Source of the DNA: Minisyncoccota bacterium
GTDB taxonomy: Bacteria > Patescibacteriota > Minisyncoccia > Phycocordibacterales > UBA6065
DNA: 64,000 bases
Reading direction: 5' to 3'
Assembly: GCA_035546035.1 (NCBI GenBank)
Contig: DASZXC010000008.1
Coordinates: 123,951 to 187,950, forward strand
Shown here one piece after another: positions 37,679 to 46,818 of this stretch. The position numbers and the translations under genes are program-made. Position 1 is the stretch's first letter. Each line of letters opens with the position of its first letter. Below the pieces are notes generated by a model that made no database searches, was not told where the DNA came from, and saw nothing but the letters and a program-made list of their open reading frames with translations.

Positions 37679-38104
37679 ATGCTTGTCCCTAAAAAAGTAA
37701 AGTACAGGAAGTGGCACGTGATGCGCAAGAACCCTTCGAAAGTGGGTATGGAGACCCGCGGCACGTACCTTTCGTTCGGATCGTTCGGCCTCAAGGCTAT
37801 CTCTGCGGCTCGCATCCGATCTGAGCAGATCGAATCGGCCCGCAAGGTCATCTCTCGCGAGATCGGCAAGAACGGCAAGCTCTGGATCCGCATCTTCCCG
37901 GACATGCCGTATACCCAGAAGCCTGCCGAAGTTAAGCTCGGCAAGGGCAAGGGCGATCTCCAGGGCTACTGCGCTCCGGTAAAGCCCGGCCGCGTGCTCT
38001 TCGAAGTGGACGGCATCGACGAAGCTATGGCCCGCGAGGCTCTCCGCAAGGGCGGCACCAAGCTCCCGACCAAGACGGTCATAATCTCCCGCGAGATCGC
38101 GTAA
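37679..38104 (+). CDS. rplP: 50S ribosomal protein L16
   Basis: uL16 conserved sequence. Confidence 0.95.
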   Translation: MLVPKKVKYRKWHVMRKNPSKVGMETRGTYLSFGSFGLKAISAARIRSEQIESARKVISREIGKNGKLWIRIFPDMPYTQKPAEVKLGKGKGDLQGYCAPVKPGRVLFEVDGIDEAMAREALRKGGTKLPTKTVIISREIA

Positions 38105-38125
38105 TACGACGTAACACTTAATACC

Positions 38126-38437
38126 ATGTCTATCTTTAGCAAAAAACCAGCAGCAGAGAAGAAAGCGGACGCCCCGAAATCCGTCGCCTCTTCGACGACC
38201 GCTAAGGCCGGCGAGGGCAAGATCCTTCAGGGTGTCGTCGTCTCCGCAAAGATGAAGGACACTGTCGTCGTCAAAGTAGACCGCTTCGTAAAGGTCCCTA
38301 AATACGAGCGCTTCATGAAGGTTTCGAAGAAGTTCAAGGCTCACGACGCCGGCAACACCAAGAAAGAAGGCGACAAAGTCACCATCGTCGAGTGCGCGCC
38401 TATCTCCAAGGACAAGAATTTCATCGTAGCCGCATAA
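38126..38437 (+). CDS. rpsQ: 30S ribosomal protein S17 (with about 30-aa N-terminal extension)
   Basis: ..KILQGVVVSAKMKDTVVVKVDRFVKVPKYERFMK.. uS17 core. Starts 21 nt after the rplP stop, so there is no rpmC between them. Confidence 0.92.
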   Translation: MSIFSKKPAAEKKADAPKSVASSTTAKAGEGKILQGVVVSAKMKDTVVVKVDRFVKVPKYERFMKVSKKFKAHDAGNTKKEGDKVTIVECAPISKDKNFIVAA

Positions 38438-38454
38438 TCATTTAATCAACTCCC

Positions 38455-38826
38455 ATGCTTCAGCCACGCTCAATAGTCGTAATAGCAGACAACTCCGGCG
38501 CAAAGATAGGCCGCATCTTCAAGGTGCTCGGCTCGGCCGCGAAGCGCTATGCGGAGATCGGCGACGTCGTCGTGCTCTCGGTTCAGAAAGCCGAGCCTCG
38601 CAAGGCCGTCAAAAAGAAGGACGTCCTCCACGCAGTCGTCGTCCGCACCGTAAAGGAAGCGAAGCGCAGGGACGGCTCGTATATCCGCTTCGACGAGAAC
38701 GCGGTCGTCATCCTCGAAAAGGGCAAGAAAGAGCCTCTCGCCGGACGCGTCTTCGGTCCTATCCCTCGCGAGCTCGCGGAGAAGGGCTTCCAGACCATCG
38801 CGTCGCGCGCAGCCGAAATCGTTTAA
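38455..38826 (+). CDS. rplN: 50S ribosomal protein L14
   Basis: uL14 conserved sequence. Confidence 0.95.
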   Translation: MLQPRSIVVIADNSGAKIGRIFKVLGSAAKRYAEIGDVVVLSVQKAEPRKAVKKKDVLHAVVVRTVKEAKRRDGSYIRFDENAVVILEKGKKEPLAGRVFGPIPRELAEKGFQTIASRAAEIV

Positions 38827-38837
38827 TACACACCACC

Positions 38838-39056
38838 ATGCACGTAAAGAAAGGAGACAAAGTGATAGTTTTGGCAGGGAAGGACGCAGGCAAGACCGGC
38901 GAGGTGGTTAAGTCTATGCCTAAGGAGAACAAGGTCATCGTATCTGGCGTCAATAAAATGAAGCGCCACATGAGGCCTCGCAAGCAGGGCGAGAAAGGCC
39001 AGGTCATAGACAAGGAGATGCCCCTCCACGCATCGAACGTCGCAAAGGCGAAGTAA
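38838..39056 (+). CDS. rplX: 50S ribosomal protein L24 (short form, 72 aa)
   Basis: MHVKKGDKVIVLAGKDAGKTGEVV.. KOW motif of uL24. Confidence 0.9.
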   Translation: MHVKKGDKVIVLAGKDAGKTGEVVKSMPKENKVIVSGVNKMKRHMRPRKQGEKGQVIDKEMPLHASNVAKAK

Positions 39057-39075
39057 TTTCAGTAACGACACCATT

Positions 39076-39612
39076 ATGAAAACTCTCAAAGAAAAGCAGG
39101 TCGCCGCATTCGAAGTCATGAAGAAAGACTTCGGCTACAAGAACGCCATGCAGGCTCCGAAGGTACTCAAGGTCGTCGTATCGGCCGGCGTAGGCTCGTT
39201 CAAGGACAAGAAGAAGATCGAACTCGCAGGCGATAGGCTCATGAAGATCACCGGCCAGAAGGCGGTATTGAAGGGCGCCAAGAAGTCCATCGCTTCGTTC
39301 AAATCGCGCGAAGGCGATCCAATGGGCTACCAGGTCACGCTGCGCGGCGTAAAGATGTGGAACTTCCTCGAGAAGCTCGTGCATATCGCGCTCCCTCGAA
39401 CCAAAGACTTCCGCGGCCTTCCTGCGGCTTCGATGGACGGCATGGGCGGCTACTCGATCGGCGTCAAAGAGCACTCGATCTTCCCGGAGACGACCGATGA
39501 AGAGCTCAAGGACGTCTTCGGCCTCGGCGTGACCGTTCTCACGAACGTCCGCAAGAAGGAAGAGACCAAGAAATTCCTCGAACTCCTCGGTTTCCCGATC
39601 AAGAAGGCGTAG
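39076..39612 (+). CDS. rplE: 50S ribosomal protein L5
   Basis: uL5 conserved sequence. Confidence 0.95.
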   Translation: MKTLKEKQVAAFEVMKKDFGYKNAMQAPKVLKVVVSAGVGSFKDKKKIELAGDRLMKITGQKAVLKGAKKSIASFKSREGDPMGYQVTLRGVKMWNFLEKLVHIALPRTKDFRGLPAASMDGMGGYSIGVKEHSIFPETTDEELKDVFGLGVTVLTNVRKKEETKKFLELLGFPIKKA

Positions 39613-39710
39613 TTTGACAGGGCGGTGTCGGTTTGATAGGATGGCTTTACAAAGCTTTTCCCAAGGCTTTTTATTTTTCGCCGGGCATTTTCCCGGCTTT
39701 CCCACAGCAA

Positions 39711-39896
39711 ATGGCAAAAACTTCAGTAGTAGCGCGAGCGAACAAGAAACCTAAGTTCTCTACGAGGGTTGTTCGACGCTGCTTCCGCTGCGGTCGCAAG
39801 AACGGCTTCATGCGCGACTTCGGCGTATGCCGCATCTGCTTCAGGGAGTTGGCTAACGACGGCCTCATCCCAGGCATCAAGAAATCATCCTGGTAG
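39711..39896 (+). CDS. rpsZ: 30S ribosomal protein S14, zinc-binding type Z (61 aa)
   Basis: Start at internal Met of track ORF 39633..39896: MAKTSVVARANKKPKFSTRVVRRCFRCGRKNGFMRDFGVCRICFRE. CxxC...CxxC zinc ribbon. Confidence 0.9.
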   Translation: MAKTSVVARANKKPKFSTRVVRRCFRCGRKNGFMRDFGVCRICFRELANDGLIPGIKKSSW

Positions 39897-39968
39897 ACCA
39901 TTATTAATTTAGGCAGTAGCGATCGGAGGACACTGACAGTTACGACCGAAAGCTATACGCTAAATCAC

Positions 39969-40358
39969 ATGCGAGACCCAATTTCAAACCTCATAACGAA
40001 CCTCAAGAACGGCTCCGCCGCGAAGAAAGACGTCGTGGCCGTCCCTCTTTCCAATTTCACCGAAGCCGTCGTCGCGGCTCTTTCGCGTAAAGGCTATGTA
40101 AAGCCCGGCATCAAGAAGGGTAAGAAGGTCGCGAAGACCCTCGAAGTAGGTCTTATCTATGTCGAGGGTAAGGCTCGCATCACGGACGTGAAGCGCCTCT
40201 CGAAGCCTTCGAAGCGCCTCTACAAGGGCTATTCCGAGATCTTTCCGGTCAAGCAGGGCTATGGCTCGACGTTCGTCTCTACCCCGAAGGGCATCCTCTC
40301 GGATGACGAAGTTCGTAAAGAAAAGGTCGGCGGCGAGATCCTCTTCCAGATCTGGTAA
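39969..40358 (+). CDS. rpsH: 30S ribosomal protein S8
   Basis: uS8 conserved sequence. Confidence 0.95.
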   Translation: MRDPISNLITNLKNGSAAKKDVVAVPLSNFTEAVVAALSRKGYVKPGIKKGKKVAKTLEVGLIYVEGKARITDVKRLSKPSKRLYKGYSEIFPVKQGYGSTFVSTPKGILSDDEVRKEKVGGEILFQIW

Positions 40359-40376
40359 TTTCTCATACAAAATCAC

Positions 40377-40904
40377 ATGTCACGCGTAGCAAAGAAACCA
40401 ATAGCGATACCAGAGAAGACGACCGTAGCCGTTAACGGCCAGACCGTTTCCGTAAAGGGCCCGTTGGGCGAGATGGTCCGCGACTTCAAGCCGGGCATCG
40501 AGTTCAAGGTAGAGAGCAATGCTGTCACCGTCGCTCTCCATCGCCCGGAAGATTATATGCTCTGGGGCACGTATGCATCGCACCTCAAGAACATGATCAA
40601 GGGCGTCAACGCTGGCTTCACCAAGAAGCTCATCATCGAAGGCATCGGCTTCAAGTCCGATGTCAAGGGGGCAAAGCTCGCTCTTTCGCTCGGCTTCTCG
40701 CATCCGATAGACCTCGATATACCGAAGGATCTTAAGGTGACCGCAGATAAGAACGTTATAACCATCACGGGCGTTTCGAACGAGAAGGTCGGCGAATTCG
40801 CTTCGAAGATCCGCGCATTGAAGAAGCCGGAGCCGTATAAGGGCAAGGGCATCCGATATGAGGGCGAGGTCATCCGCAGGAAGCAGGGTAAGAAAGCAGC
40901 GTAA
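40377..40904 (+). CDS. rplF: 50S ribosomal protein L6
   Basis: uL6 conserved sequence. Confidence 0.95.
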   Translation: MSRVAKKPIAIPEKTTVAVNGQTVSVKGPLGEMVRDFKPGIEFKVESNAVTVALHRPEDYMLWGTYASHLKNMIKGVNAGFTKKLIIEGIGFKSDVKGAKLALSLGFSHPIDLDIPKDLKVTADKNVITITGVSNEKVGEFASKIRALKKPEPYKGKGIRYEGEVIRRKQGKKAA

Positions 40905-40921
40905 TCCTTCGTAACAATCCT

Positions 40922-41284
40922 ATGAAACACAACATCAAAAAGGAAAAGAGGATACGACGCCACAAGGCGATCAGGACGCGCCTTTCGGGCACCGCTGAAA
41001 AGCCGCGTCTCGCGGTATTCCGCTCGAACAAGTTCATGTACGCCCAGCTTATAGATGACGCTGCGGCGAAAACGATCGCGTCGGCGACGTCGCATACGGG
41101 CAAGAAGGCGAAAGCCAAGTCCGCAAAGAAGGTAGATGCCGCATTCGCGGTCGGTAAGGCAATAGCCGAAAAGGCGGTCGCTCTCAAGGTGAAGGCGGTC
41201 GTATTCGATCGCGGAGGCTTCGGCTTCAAGGGCCGCGTCGCGGCTCTCGCTGCGGGCGCTCGCGAAGGCGGACTCAAATTCTAA
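40922..41284 (+). CDS. rplR: 50S ribosomal protein L18
   Basis: uL18 conserved sequence. Confidence 0.93.
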   Translation: MKHNIKKEKRIRRHKAIRTRLSGTAEKPRLAVFRSNKFMYAQLIDDAAAKTIASATSHTGKKAKAKSAKKVDAAFAVGKAIAEKAVALKVKAVVFDRGGFGFKGRVAALAAGAREGGLKF

Positions 41285-41295
41285 TAATTAAAAGT

Positions 41296-41946
41296 ATGAA
41301 CCCAGAGAACGAGAACAAGACGACGGCTCCGACTGCAGCTCCTGCTGCGGCCGCTTCGACGACGGCTTCGGCCGCTCCTGCAGAGAACCGCGATCGCGAT
41401 TTCCGCGGATTCCGCGATCAGGCAGGAAGGGGGCAGGGAGGCCGCGGTCGCGGTCCCCGCAAGGGCGACACTCGCGCCCCTCGCGCGAAGCCGGAGTATG
41501 ACTCCGTCATGCTCAATATCCGACGCGTTTCCCGAACCGTCGCCGGCGGACGACGCTTCGCATTCTCGGTCGCTCTCGTCGCAGGCAACAAGAAGGGCAT
41601 GGTGGGCGTCGGCCTCGGAAAGGCGGGCGACACCGCCCTTGCCATAGACAAGGCTACCCGCAACGCCAAGAAGCACATGATCAAGGTCAATACGACCAAG
41701 GACATGTCCATACCTCACGAAGTCTCGTCGAAATACTCGTCGGCCCGCGTCTCGATCCGCCCTGTGAAAGACCGCGGCCTCGTCGCGGGTTCGGCGGTCC
41801 GAACGGTCCTCGAGCTCGCCGGCGTCAAGAACGTCGCCGCGAAGATCGTCTCTCCTTCGAAGAACAAGCTCAACATCGCCCGCGCCACGATCGACGCCCT
41901 CGAGAGCCTTAACCTCGTCCGACCGGTCGGCTCCAAAAAGGCTTAA
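41296..41946 (+). CDS. rpsE: 30S ribosomal protein S5 (with about 60-aa Ala/Arg/Gly-rich N-terminal extension)
   Basis: uS5 core ..RRVSRTVAGGRRF.F.VA.VAGNKKGMVGVGLGKA... C-terminal domain. Confidence 0.93.
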   Translation: MNPENENKTTAPTAAPAAAASTTASAAPAENRDRDFRGFRDQAGRGQGGRGRGPRKGDTRAPRAKPEYDSVMLNIRRVSRTVAGGRRFAFSVALVAGNKKGMVGVGLGKAGDTALAIDKATRNAKKHMIKVNTTKDMSIPHEVSSKYSSARVSIRPVKDRGLVAGSAVRTVLELAGVKNVAAKIVSPSKNKLNIARATIDALESLNLVRPVGSKKA

Positions 41947-41958
41947 TACACAAATCAT

Positions 41959-42417
41959 ATGCAGCTTAACAACATCAGCAGGAAGACCCCGAACGCAAAG
42001 ACGCCCCTCATCGGTCGCGGCGGCAAGCGCGGCAAGACCTCGGGACGCGGCACCAAAGGCCAGAAGGCCCGTGCCGGCAACAAAAAGCGTCCGGAGATCC
42101 GCGATTTCATCAAGCGAATGCCGAAGCTTCGCGGCTATGCGTTCAAGTCGTTCGCGAAGAAACCCGTTCTCGTCGCTCTTTCGGCCGTCGAAAGGGAATT
42201 CAAGGCGGGTGATCGCGTCGAGCCGGCTACGCTCGTAGCCAAGGGTCTCGTTCAGAAGACGGAAGGCAACTTTCCTCGCATCAAGCTCCTCACGTCCAAG
42301 GCTTCGACCAAGCAGGGCGCGGTAGAGATCACCAAGAAACTCGTCGTTTCGGGCGTCGAAGTGTCCGCGGGCGCGAAAGTGGCCCTTGAAAAGGCGGGCG
42401 GTACGGTGCATGCTTAA
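41959..42417 (+). CDS. rplO: 50S ribosomal protein L15
   Basis: uL15 conserved sequence. Follows rpsE directly, so there is no rpmD (L30) between them. Confidence 0.93.
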   Translation: MQLNNISRKTPNAKTPLIGRGGKRGKTSGRGTKGQKARAGNKKRPEIRDFIKRMPKLRGYAFKSFAKKPVLVALSAVEREFKAGDRVEPATLVAKGLVQKTEGNFPRIKLLTSKASTKQGAVEITKKLVVSGVEVSAGAKVALEKAGGTVHA

Positions 42418-42439
42418 AAGGACGGGTTAGACCCCTCAT

Positions 42440-43711
42440 ATGAACGCTTTTTTCGAAAAAATCTCTCACGTCTTCAGGGATAAGAACTTGCGCAAGCGCA
42501 TCCTCTTCGTCGTCGGCGCGCTCGTCATATTCCGTCTCCTTACCATGATCCCGATCCCGGGCATCGATACGGCGAAATTGGCGTCCCTTTTCGCGAACAG
42601 CCAGTTCCTCGGCCTTCTCAACATATTCTCGGGCGGCGGCCTTTCGAACCTGTCGATCGTCATGCTCGGCGTCGGTCCGTACATCACGGCGTCTATCATC
42701 ATGCAGCTCCTCACCATCATGGTGCCCTCGCTCAAGGCCATGTATCAGGAGGAAGGCGAAGCCGGCCGCGCGAAGTTCGCGCAGTACTCGCGCCGACTCG
42801 CATTGCCGTTGGCTCTCATCCAGGCATTCTCTTTCATCGTCATATTCCAGCGACAGGGCATCATCGCCGACCTCACGGTATTCAGCCTCCTTCTGAACAT
42901 CTTCACCATCGCCGGCGGCTCGATGCTCCTTATGTGGCTCGGCGAGCTCATCACTGAATTCGGATTGGGCAACGGCACGTCGCTCATCATATTCGCCGGC
43001 ATCGTCGCGCGGATCCCGCAGGGCATTTCGGGCGCGCTCGCATCGTATGATCCGTCCCAGCTTCCGGTATATATCGCTATCGTCGCTCTCGCGGCCGTCA
43101 TCATATACGGCGTCGTCGTCGTCACCGAGGCGGAGCGACCGATCCCGGTCACATATGCCAAGCAAGTCCGCGGCATGAAAGTCTACGGCGGTGTTTCGAC
43201 ATACCTCCCGTTGCGCCTCAATCAGGCAGGCGTCATTCCTATCATATTCGCGCTCTCGATACTCTTGTTCCCGCAGATGCTCTTCAATTTCTTTGCCGTC
43301 TCGACGAACGAGGCCTTGAAGCACGTCTCGACCGTGGGACTTTCCCTCATCAACACGCCGTGGCTCTATGACTCGTTCTACTTCATCCTTGTCTTCGTCT
43401 TCACGTACTTCTATACGGCGGTGACGTTCGATCCGATGATGATATCGGAGAACCTCCAGAAGTCAGGCGCATTCATCCCGGGCGTCCGCCCCGGCCAGTC
43501 CACGGCCGAATACCTTTCCAAGATCGTCACGCGCATCACTCTTGTGGGCGCCCTGTTCCTCGGCATCATCGCGGTATTGCCGCTCGTTCTCAGGACCATT
43601 TCGGGCATCACGACTCTTGCTATCGGCGGCACCGCGCTTCTCATCGTGGTCTCTGTGGTGCTGGATGTGGTCAAGAAGCTGGATGCGCAAGTATCCATGC
43701 GAGAGTATTAA
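42440..43711 (+). CDS. secY: Preprotein translocase subunit SecY
   Basis: 10-TM protein, 423 aa, with conserved SecY motifs (..GGSMLLMWLGE.I.E.G.GNG.S.II..). Confidence 0.95.
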   Translation: MNAFFEKISHVFRDKNLRKRILFVVGALVIFRLLTMIPIPGIDTAKLASLFANSQFLGLLNIFSGGGLSNLSIVMLGVGPYITASIIMQLLTIMVPSLKAMYQEEGEAGRAKFAQYSRRLALPLALIQAFSFIVIFQRQGIIADLTVFSLLLNIFTIAGGSMLLMWLGELITEFGLGNGTSLIIFAGIVARIPQGISGALASYDPSQLPVYIAIVALAAVIIYGVVVVTEAERPIPVTYAKQVRGMKVYGGVSTYLPLRLNQAGVIPIIFALSILLFPQMLFNFFAVSTNEALKHVSTVGLSLINTPWLYDSFYFILVFVFTYFYTAVTFDPMMISENLQKSGAFIPGVRPGQSTAEYLSKIVTRITLVGALFLGIIAVLPLVLRTISGITTLAIGGTALLIVVSVVLDVVKKLDAQVSMREY

Positions 43712-43715
43712 TCCT

Positions 43716-43745
43716 TAAAAATCCCGCTCCGGCGGGATTTTTTAT
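43716..43745 (+). terminator. Intrinsic terminator after secY
   Basis: aaaaatcccgctccggcgggatttttt. Confidence 0.8.
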
Positions 43746-43772
43746 TTCCTGAAAGTCCTATAAAATAGAAGC

Positions 43773-44384
43773 ATGAAACATCCCATCACGGTGGTCTTCT
43801 TCGGCAAGTCGGGCGCGGGCAAGGGCACGCAGGCGACGCTTCTCCTTAAAAGCTTCGAAAGGCTGGACGCCGCCCGCCCGACCATATACGTGGAGACTGG
43901 CCAGAAATTTAGGAACTTCGTGAGCACGAGCCCGTCATACATGGCGAAAAGGATATATGAGGTCATCCATGCCGGAAAATTCCTCCCCCCGTTTATTCCT
44001 ATCTGGATGTGGACGCAGTTCTTCGTGGACGAGATCAAGACGGGCGAAGAGCATATGGTATTCGACGGCGTCTGTCGCCAGCCGGAAGAAGGGCCGATCC
44101 TCGACTCGGCGCTTCAATTCCTGGGCCGCATAAAGCCGGTCGTTATCTTGCTCGACGTCCATCATGACGAAGTCACCAAGCGCCTTCTGAAGCGCGGTCG
44201 TCACGACGACACCCATGAGAAGATCGCATCGCGCCTTGCCGCATTCGAAAAAGAGGGAATGCCGTCCGTCACTTATTTCAAAACCAGCCCGCACGTGAAA
44301 TTCGTGACCGTGAACGGCGACCAGCCCATAGAAAAGGTTCACGAAGACGTACTCGCCGCGATCGGGATCGAAGGTAGACTATAA
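43773..44384 (+). CDS. adk: Adenylate kinase
   Basis: P-loop GKSGAGKGTQA and the LID/NMP organisation. 203 aa. Confidence 0.88.
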   Translation: MKHPITVVFFGKSGAGKGTQATLLLKSFERLDAARPTIYVETGQKFRNFVSTSPSYMAKRIYEVIHAGKFLPPFIPIWMWTQFFVDEIKTGEEHMVFDGVCRQPEEGPILDSALQFLGRIKPVVILLDVHHDEVTKRLLKRGRHDDTHEKIASRLAAFEKEGMPSVTYFKTSPHVKFVTVNGDQPIEKVHEDVLAAIGIEGRL

Positions 44385-44403
44385 GCCCGTCACAGGGTAG
44401 TCT

Positions 44404-45180
44404 GTGGTCATGGCCATACGGCTCAAATCCAAGGAAGACATAGCCATCATGCGCGAAGGCGGCAAGCGCCACGCTTTCATATTAAAAGAGCTCGCCGGCA
44501 TGGTCGCTCCCGGCGTCTCTGCGCAGGCGCTCGACGATAGGGCGGCGGAATTGATAGCTGAAGGCGGCGACGCAGCGGCGTTTCTGAACTACAAGCCCTA
44601 TGGTGCCAAGCGCCCGTTTCCGGCAAGCCTCTGCGTGTCCGTAAATGACGCGGTCGTTCACGGCATACCGAACGAACGGCCGTATATCATCAAAGAGGGC
44701 GATATCGTATCGCTCGACCTCGGCCTCGTCCATAAGGGTTTCATCACCGATATGGCCGTGACCGTCCCTGCAGGAGAGATAGACAAAGGAGCGGCGGCGC
44801 TTTTGAAAGCGACGAAAAAGGCGCTCGAGCTCGGCGTGAAACAGGCCAAAGCAGGGAATACCACGGGACATATCGGCGAAGCCGTCGAATCGTTCATCGC
44901 GTCTCTCGGCTATGGCATCGTCGAAGAGCTCGCGGGCCACGGCGTCGGATATGAGGTCCACGAAGACCCGTACGTTCCGAATTACGGAACCGCGGGCGAC
45001 GGCGAAGCTCTCGTTCCCGGCATGGTCATAGCCATCGAGCCTATCGTCACCGAAGGATCGGGCAGGATCTTTTTGGATAAGGACGGATACACCTACCGCA
45101 CCAAAGACGGCAAGCGCAGCGCACATTTCGAAGTGACCGTCGCCATCACCGAAAAGGGAGCGGAGGTGCTGACAAAATAA
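44404..45180 (+). CDS. map: Type I methionine aminopeptidase
   Basis: Pita-bread fold metal ligands D..D..H..E..E pattern. ..VSVNDAVVHGIP.. motif. Confidence 0.9.
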   Translation: MVMAIRLKSKEDIAIMREGGKRHAFILKELAGMVAPGVSAQALDDRAAELIAEGGDAAAFLNYKPYGAKRPFPASLCVSVNDAVVHGIPNERPYIIKEGDIVSLDLGLVHKGFITDMAVTVPAGEIDKGAAALLKATKKALELGVKQAKAGNTTGHIGEAVESFIASLGYGIVEELAGHGVGYEVHEDPYVPNYGTAGDGEALVPGMVIAIEPIVTEGSGRIFLDKDGYTYRTKDGKRSAHFEVTVAITEKGAEVLTK

Positions 45181-45210
45181 TCCCACTGCTTCGGCACGCG
45201 ATAGGGTATA

Positions 45211-45774
45211 ATGTCGGGCATGCAACACCCGAAAAAAGAACGCACGCTCGTCATCGTGAAGCCTGACGGCATCCAGAGAAGCCTGGTCGGAGAGATCATC
45301 GGCAGGTTCGAGCGCATCGGATTGAAGATCGTCGCTGCAAAAATGACGGTCGCGACGCCTGAACATATCGAGGCGCACTACACCTTGGATTCGAACTGGC
45401 GCCGCGTCACAGGCGAGAAGACCATCAAAGCCTATACCGACAAAGGCCAGAAACATCCGGTCAGCCAGGATCCTATCGAAGTCACGGACGTCATACTGAA
45501 AAAGCTCAAAAAATACATGACGAGCGGGCCGATCATCCCGATGGTGCTCGAAGGCGCCCATTCCGTCGCCATCGTCAGGAAATTGATAGGCTCTACCGAG
45601 CCGCTCTCGTCCGATGTCGGCACCATTCGCGGCGATTTCGTCCTCGATTCCTATGCCATGAGCTACGCCGACGACCGATCGGTGCGAAATCTCGTCCATG
45701 CATCGGGTTCGGTAGGGGAAGCGGAGCAGGAGATCAAGCACTGGTTCAAGCCGGAAGAGATTCTCTACGGCTAG
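45211..45774 (+). CDS. ndk: Nucleoside diphosphate kinase (with about 40-aa internal insertion)
   Basis: ERTLVIVKPDGIQRSLVGEIIGRFE..., ..MTSGPIIPMVLEG.., ..NLVHASGSVGEAEQEI..W (active-site His). An insertion sits between the first helix hairpin and the Kpn loop region. Confidence 0.85.
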   Translation: MSGMQHPKKERTLVIVKPDGIQRSLVGEIIGRFERIGLKIVAAKMTVATPEHIEAHYTLDSNWRRVTGEKTIKAYTDKGQKHPVSQDPIEVTDVILKKLKKYMTSGPIIPMVLEGAHSVAIVRKLIGSTEPLSSDVGTIRGDFVLDSYAMSYADDRSVRNLVHASGSVGEAEQEIKHWFKPEEILYG

Positions 45775-46006
45775 AAACTTTTTCGACCGCCGGTCGTATT
45801 CATTTACTCTTTCCTTTTTTCGTTTTGCAGGCTTTGTCCCCACTTGTACCTCGGAGAAGGGAGATTATAATGAAATGGGTTATTCGAAAGATTAACTCTA
45901 TAACATTTTTTTAGGGAAATAGCGCATTGAGTCCGATCTTGGTCGGACGTTACGCTTCCCACCTAGTGCAAACTAGGGACAATCTTCCGAATGACCCCCA
46001 GAGAAC

Positions 46007-46036
46007 CCGTTCTCATCCCCGTGAGAACGGTTTTTC
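46007..46036 (+). terminator. Intrinsic terminator upstream of the GC-rich cassette
   Basis: ccgttctca-tccccg-tgagaacgg followed by TTTTT. Confidence 0.6.
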
Positions 46037-46062
46037 TATTCCGGACGGGCGCGCAGAGGCGT

Positions 46063-46091
46063 TTGACATAAAGTACTATAAGGTGTATAAT
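46063..46091 (+). promoter_or_regulatory. Consensus sigma70 promoter (TTGACA-17 nt-TATAAT)
   Basis: ttgaca at 46063-46068, a 17-nt spacer, tataat at 46086-46091. About 60 nt downstream is a consensus RBS aaggagatacaat-ATG (46155). Confidence 0.7.
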
Positions 46092-46154
46092 ATAATAAAG
46101 TTCATTGAGTAGAGGAAACCAAAACCGCCCGAATAAGGGCAAGGAGATACAATA

Positions 46155-46751
46155 ATGAGCACACATGCAGGATTCGCGGCCGCCGCTCCGGCGTTTAGCC
46201 GGCTCGGCGCCCTCTTCAGGAGATTCGCCGGTAGGGAAAGCGCGTTTCGCCCTGTACGGGGCGGCGTTCAGAACGGGATCATCCGCTTCAAGCTCACGGG
46301 CCGGGGAATGACCGATGAGCAATGGCTTGCCCGTTTCAAAGCCAGGGGTATCCGGGTCGAAGACCAAGCCAGAAGCGTGCTCCGTACGTCGGAGTTCAAA
46401 CCTGCCGAAGGCGTCGTCGCTGCGGAGGTTGCGATCCTGAAGGACGCGATCTGGCGCGGCTGCGATCGGAGCACCGAGAATATCCGGGTCTTCGCCGCCG
46501 GGCATGGGCTCGGACGGCCGAATGCCGACCTCGCCTGCCTTATCCGCGACTCGCTCTCGGACCAGGAGATCGAGGCGATGGGCCTCCGCTGGATCGTCGC
46601 CATGCACGAACCGATCAAGGATCCCTATGGCGATCCCGGCCTCCTCGCCGCAGGGCCCGGCCGCTGTCTGGATGCGTATTGCGTCAGGCCCGGCCAGACT
46701 TGGAAGCGAGGGATCGGTTTTGCGTTCATCGTCCCTCAGGCAAGCCCTTGA
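46155..46751 (+). CDS. Hypothetical protein (GC-rich cassette; no recognisable family)
   Basis: 198-aa ORF with a perfect AAGGAG RBS 8 nt upstream and a consensus promoter. Arg/Ala/Gly-rich. GC visibly higher than the flanks. The overlapping minus-strand ORF 45963..46607 was rejected. Confidence 0.5.
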   Translation: MSTHAGFAAAAPAFSRLGALFRRFAGRESAFRPVRGGVQNGIIRFKLTGRGMTDEQWLARFKARGIRVEDQARSVLRTSEFKPAEGVVAAEVAILKDAIWRGCDRSTENIRVFAAGHGLGRPNADLACLIRDSLSDQEIEAMGLRWIVAMHEPIKDPYGDPGLLAAGPGRCLDAYCVRPGQTWKRGIGFAFIVPQASP

Positions 46752-46765
46752 GGCCGCGTCATAGC

Positions 46766-46799
46766 CCCGTTCCGGTTTACCGGAACGGGGCTATTTTTT
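46766..46799 (+). terminator. Intrinsic terminator after the cassette ORF
   Basis: ccccgttccgg-tttac-cggaacgggg-ctatttttt. Confidence 0.75.
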
Positions 46800-46818
46800 C
46801 GCGTGCTATACTTTTTCT

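Noticed and set aside
45963-46607. 214-aa minus-strand ORF overlapping the 46155-46751 plus-strand ORF
   Set aside because: The plus-strand ORF has a consensus promoter and AAGGAG RBS and is bracketed by plus-oriented terminators. The minus-strand translation is low-complexity and has no start context.
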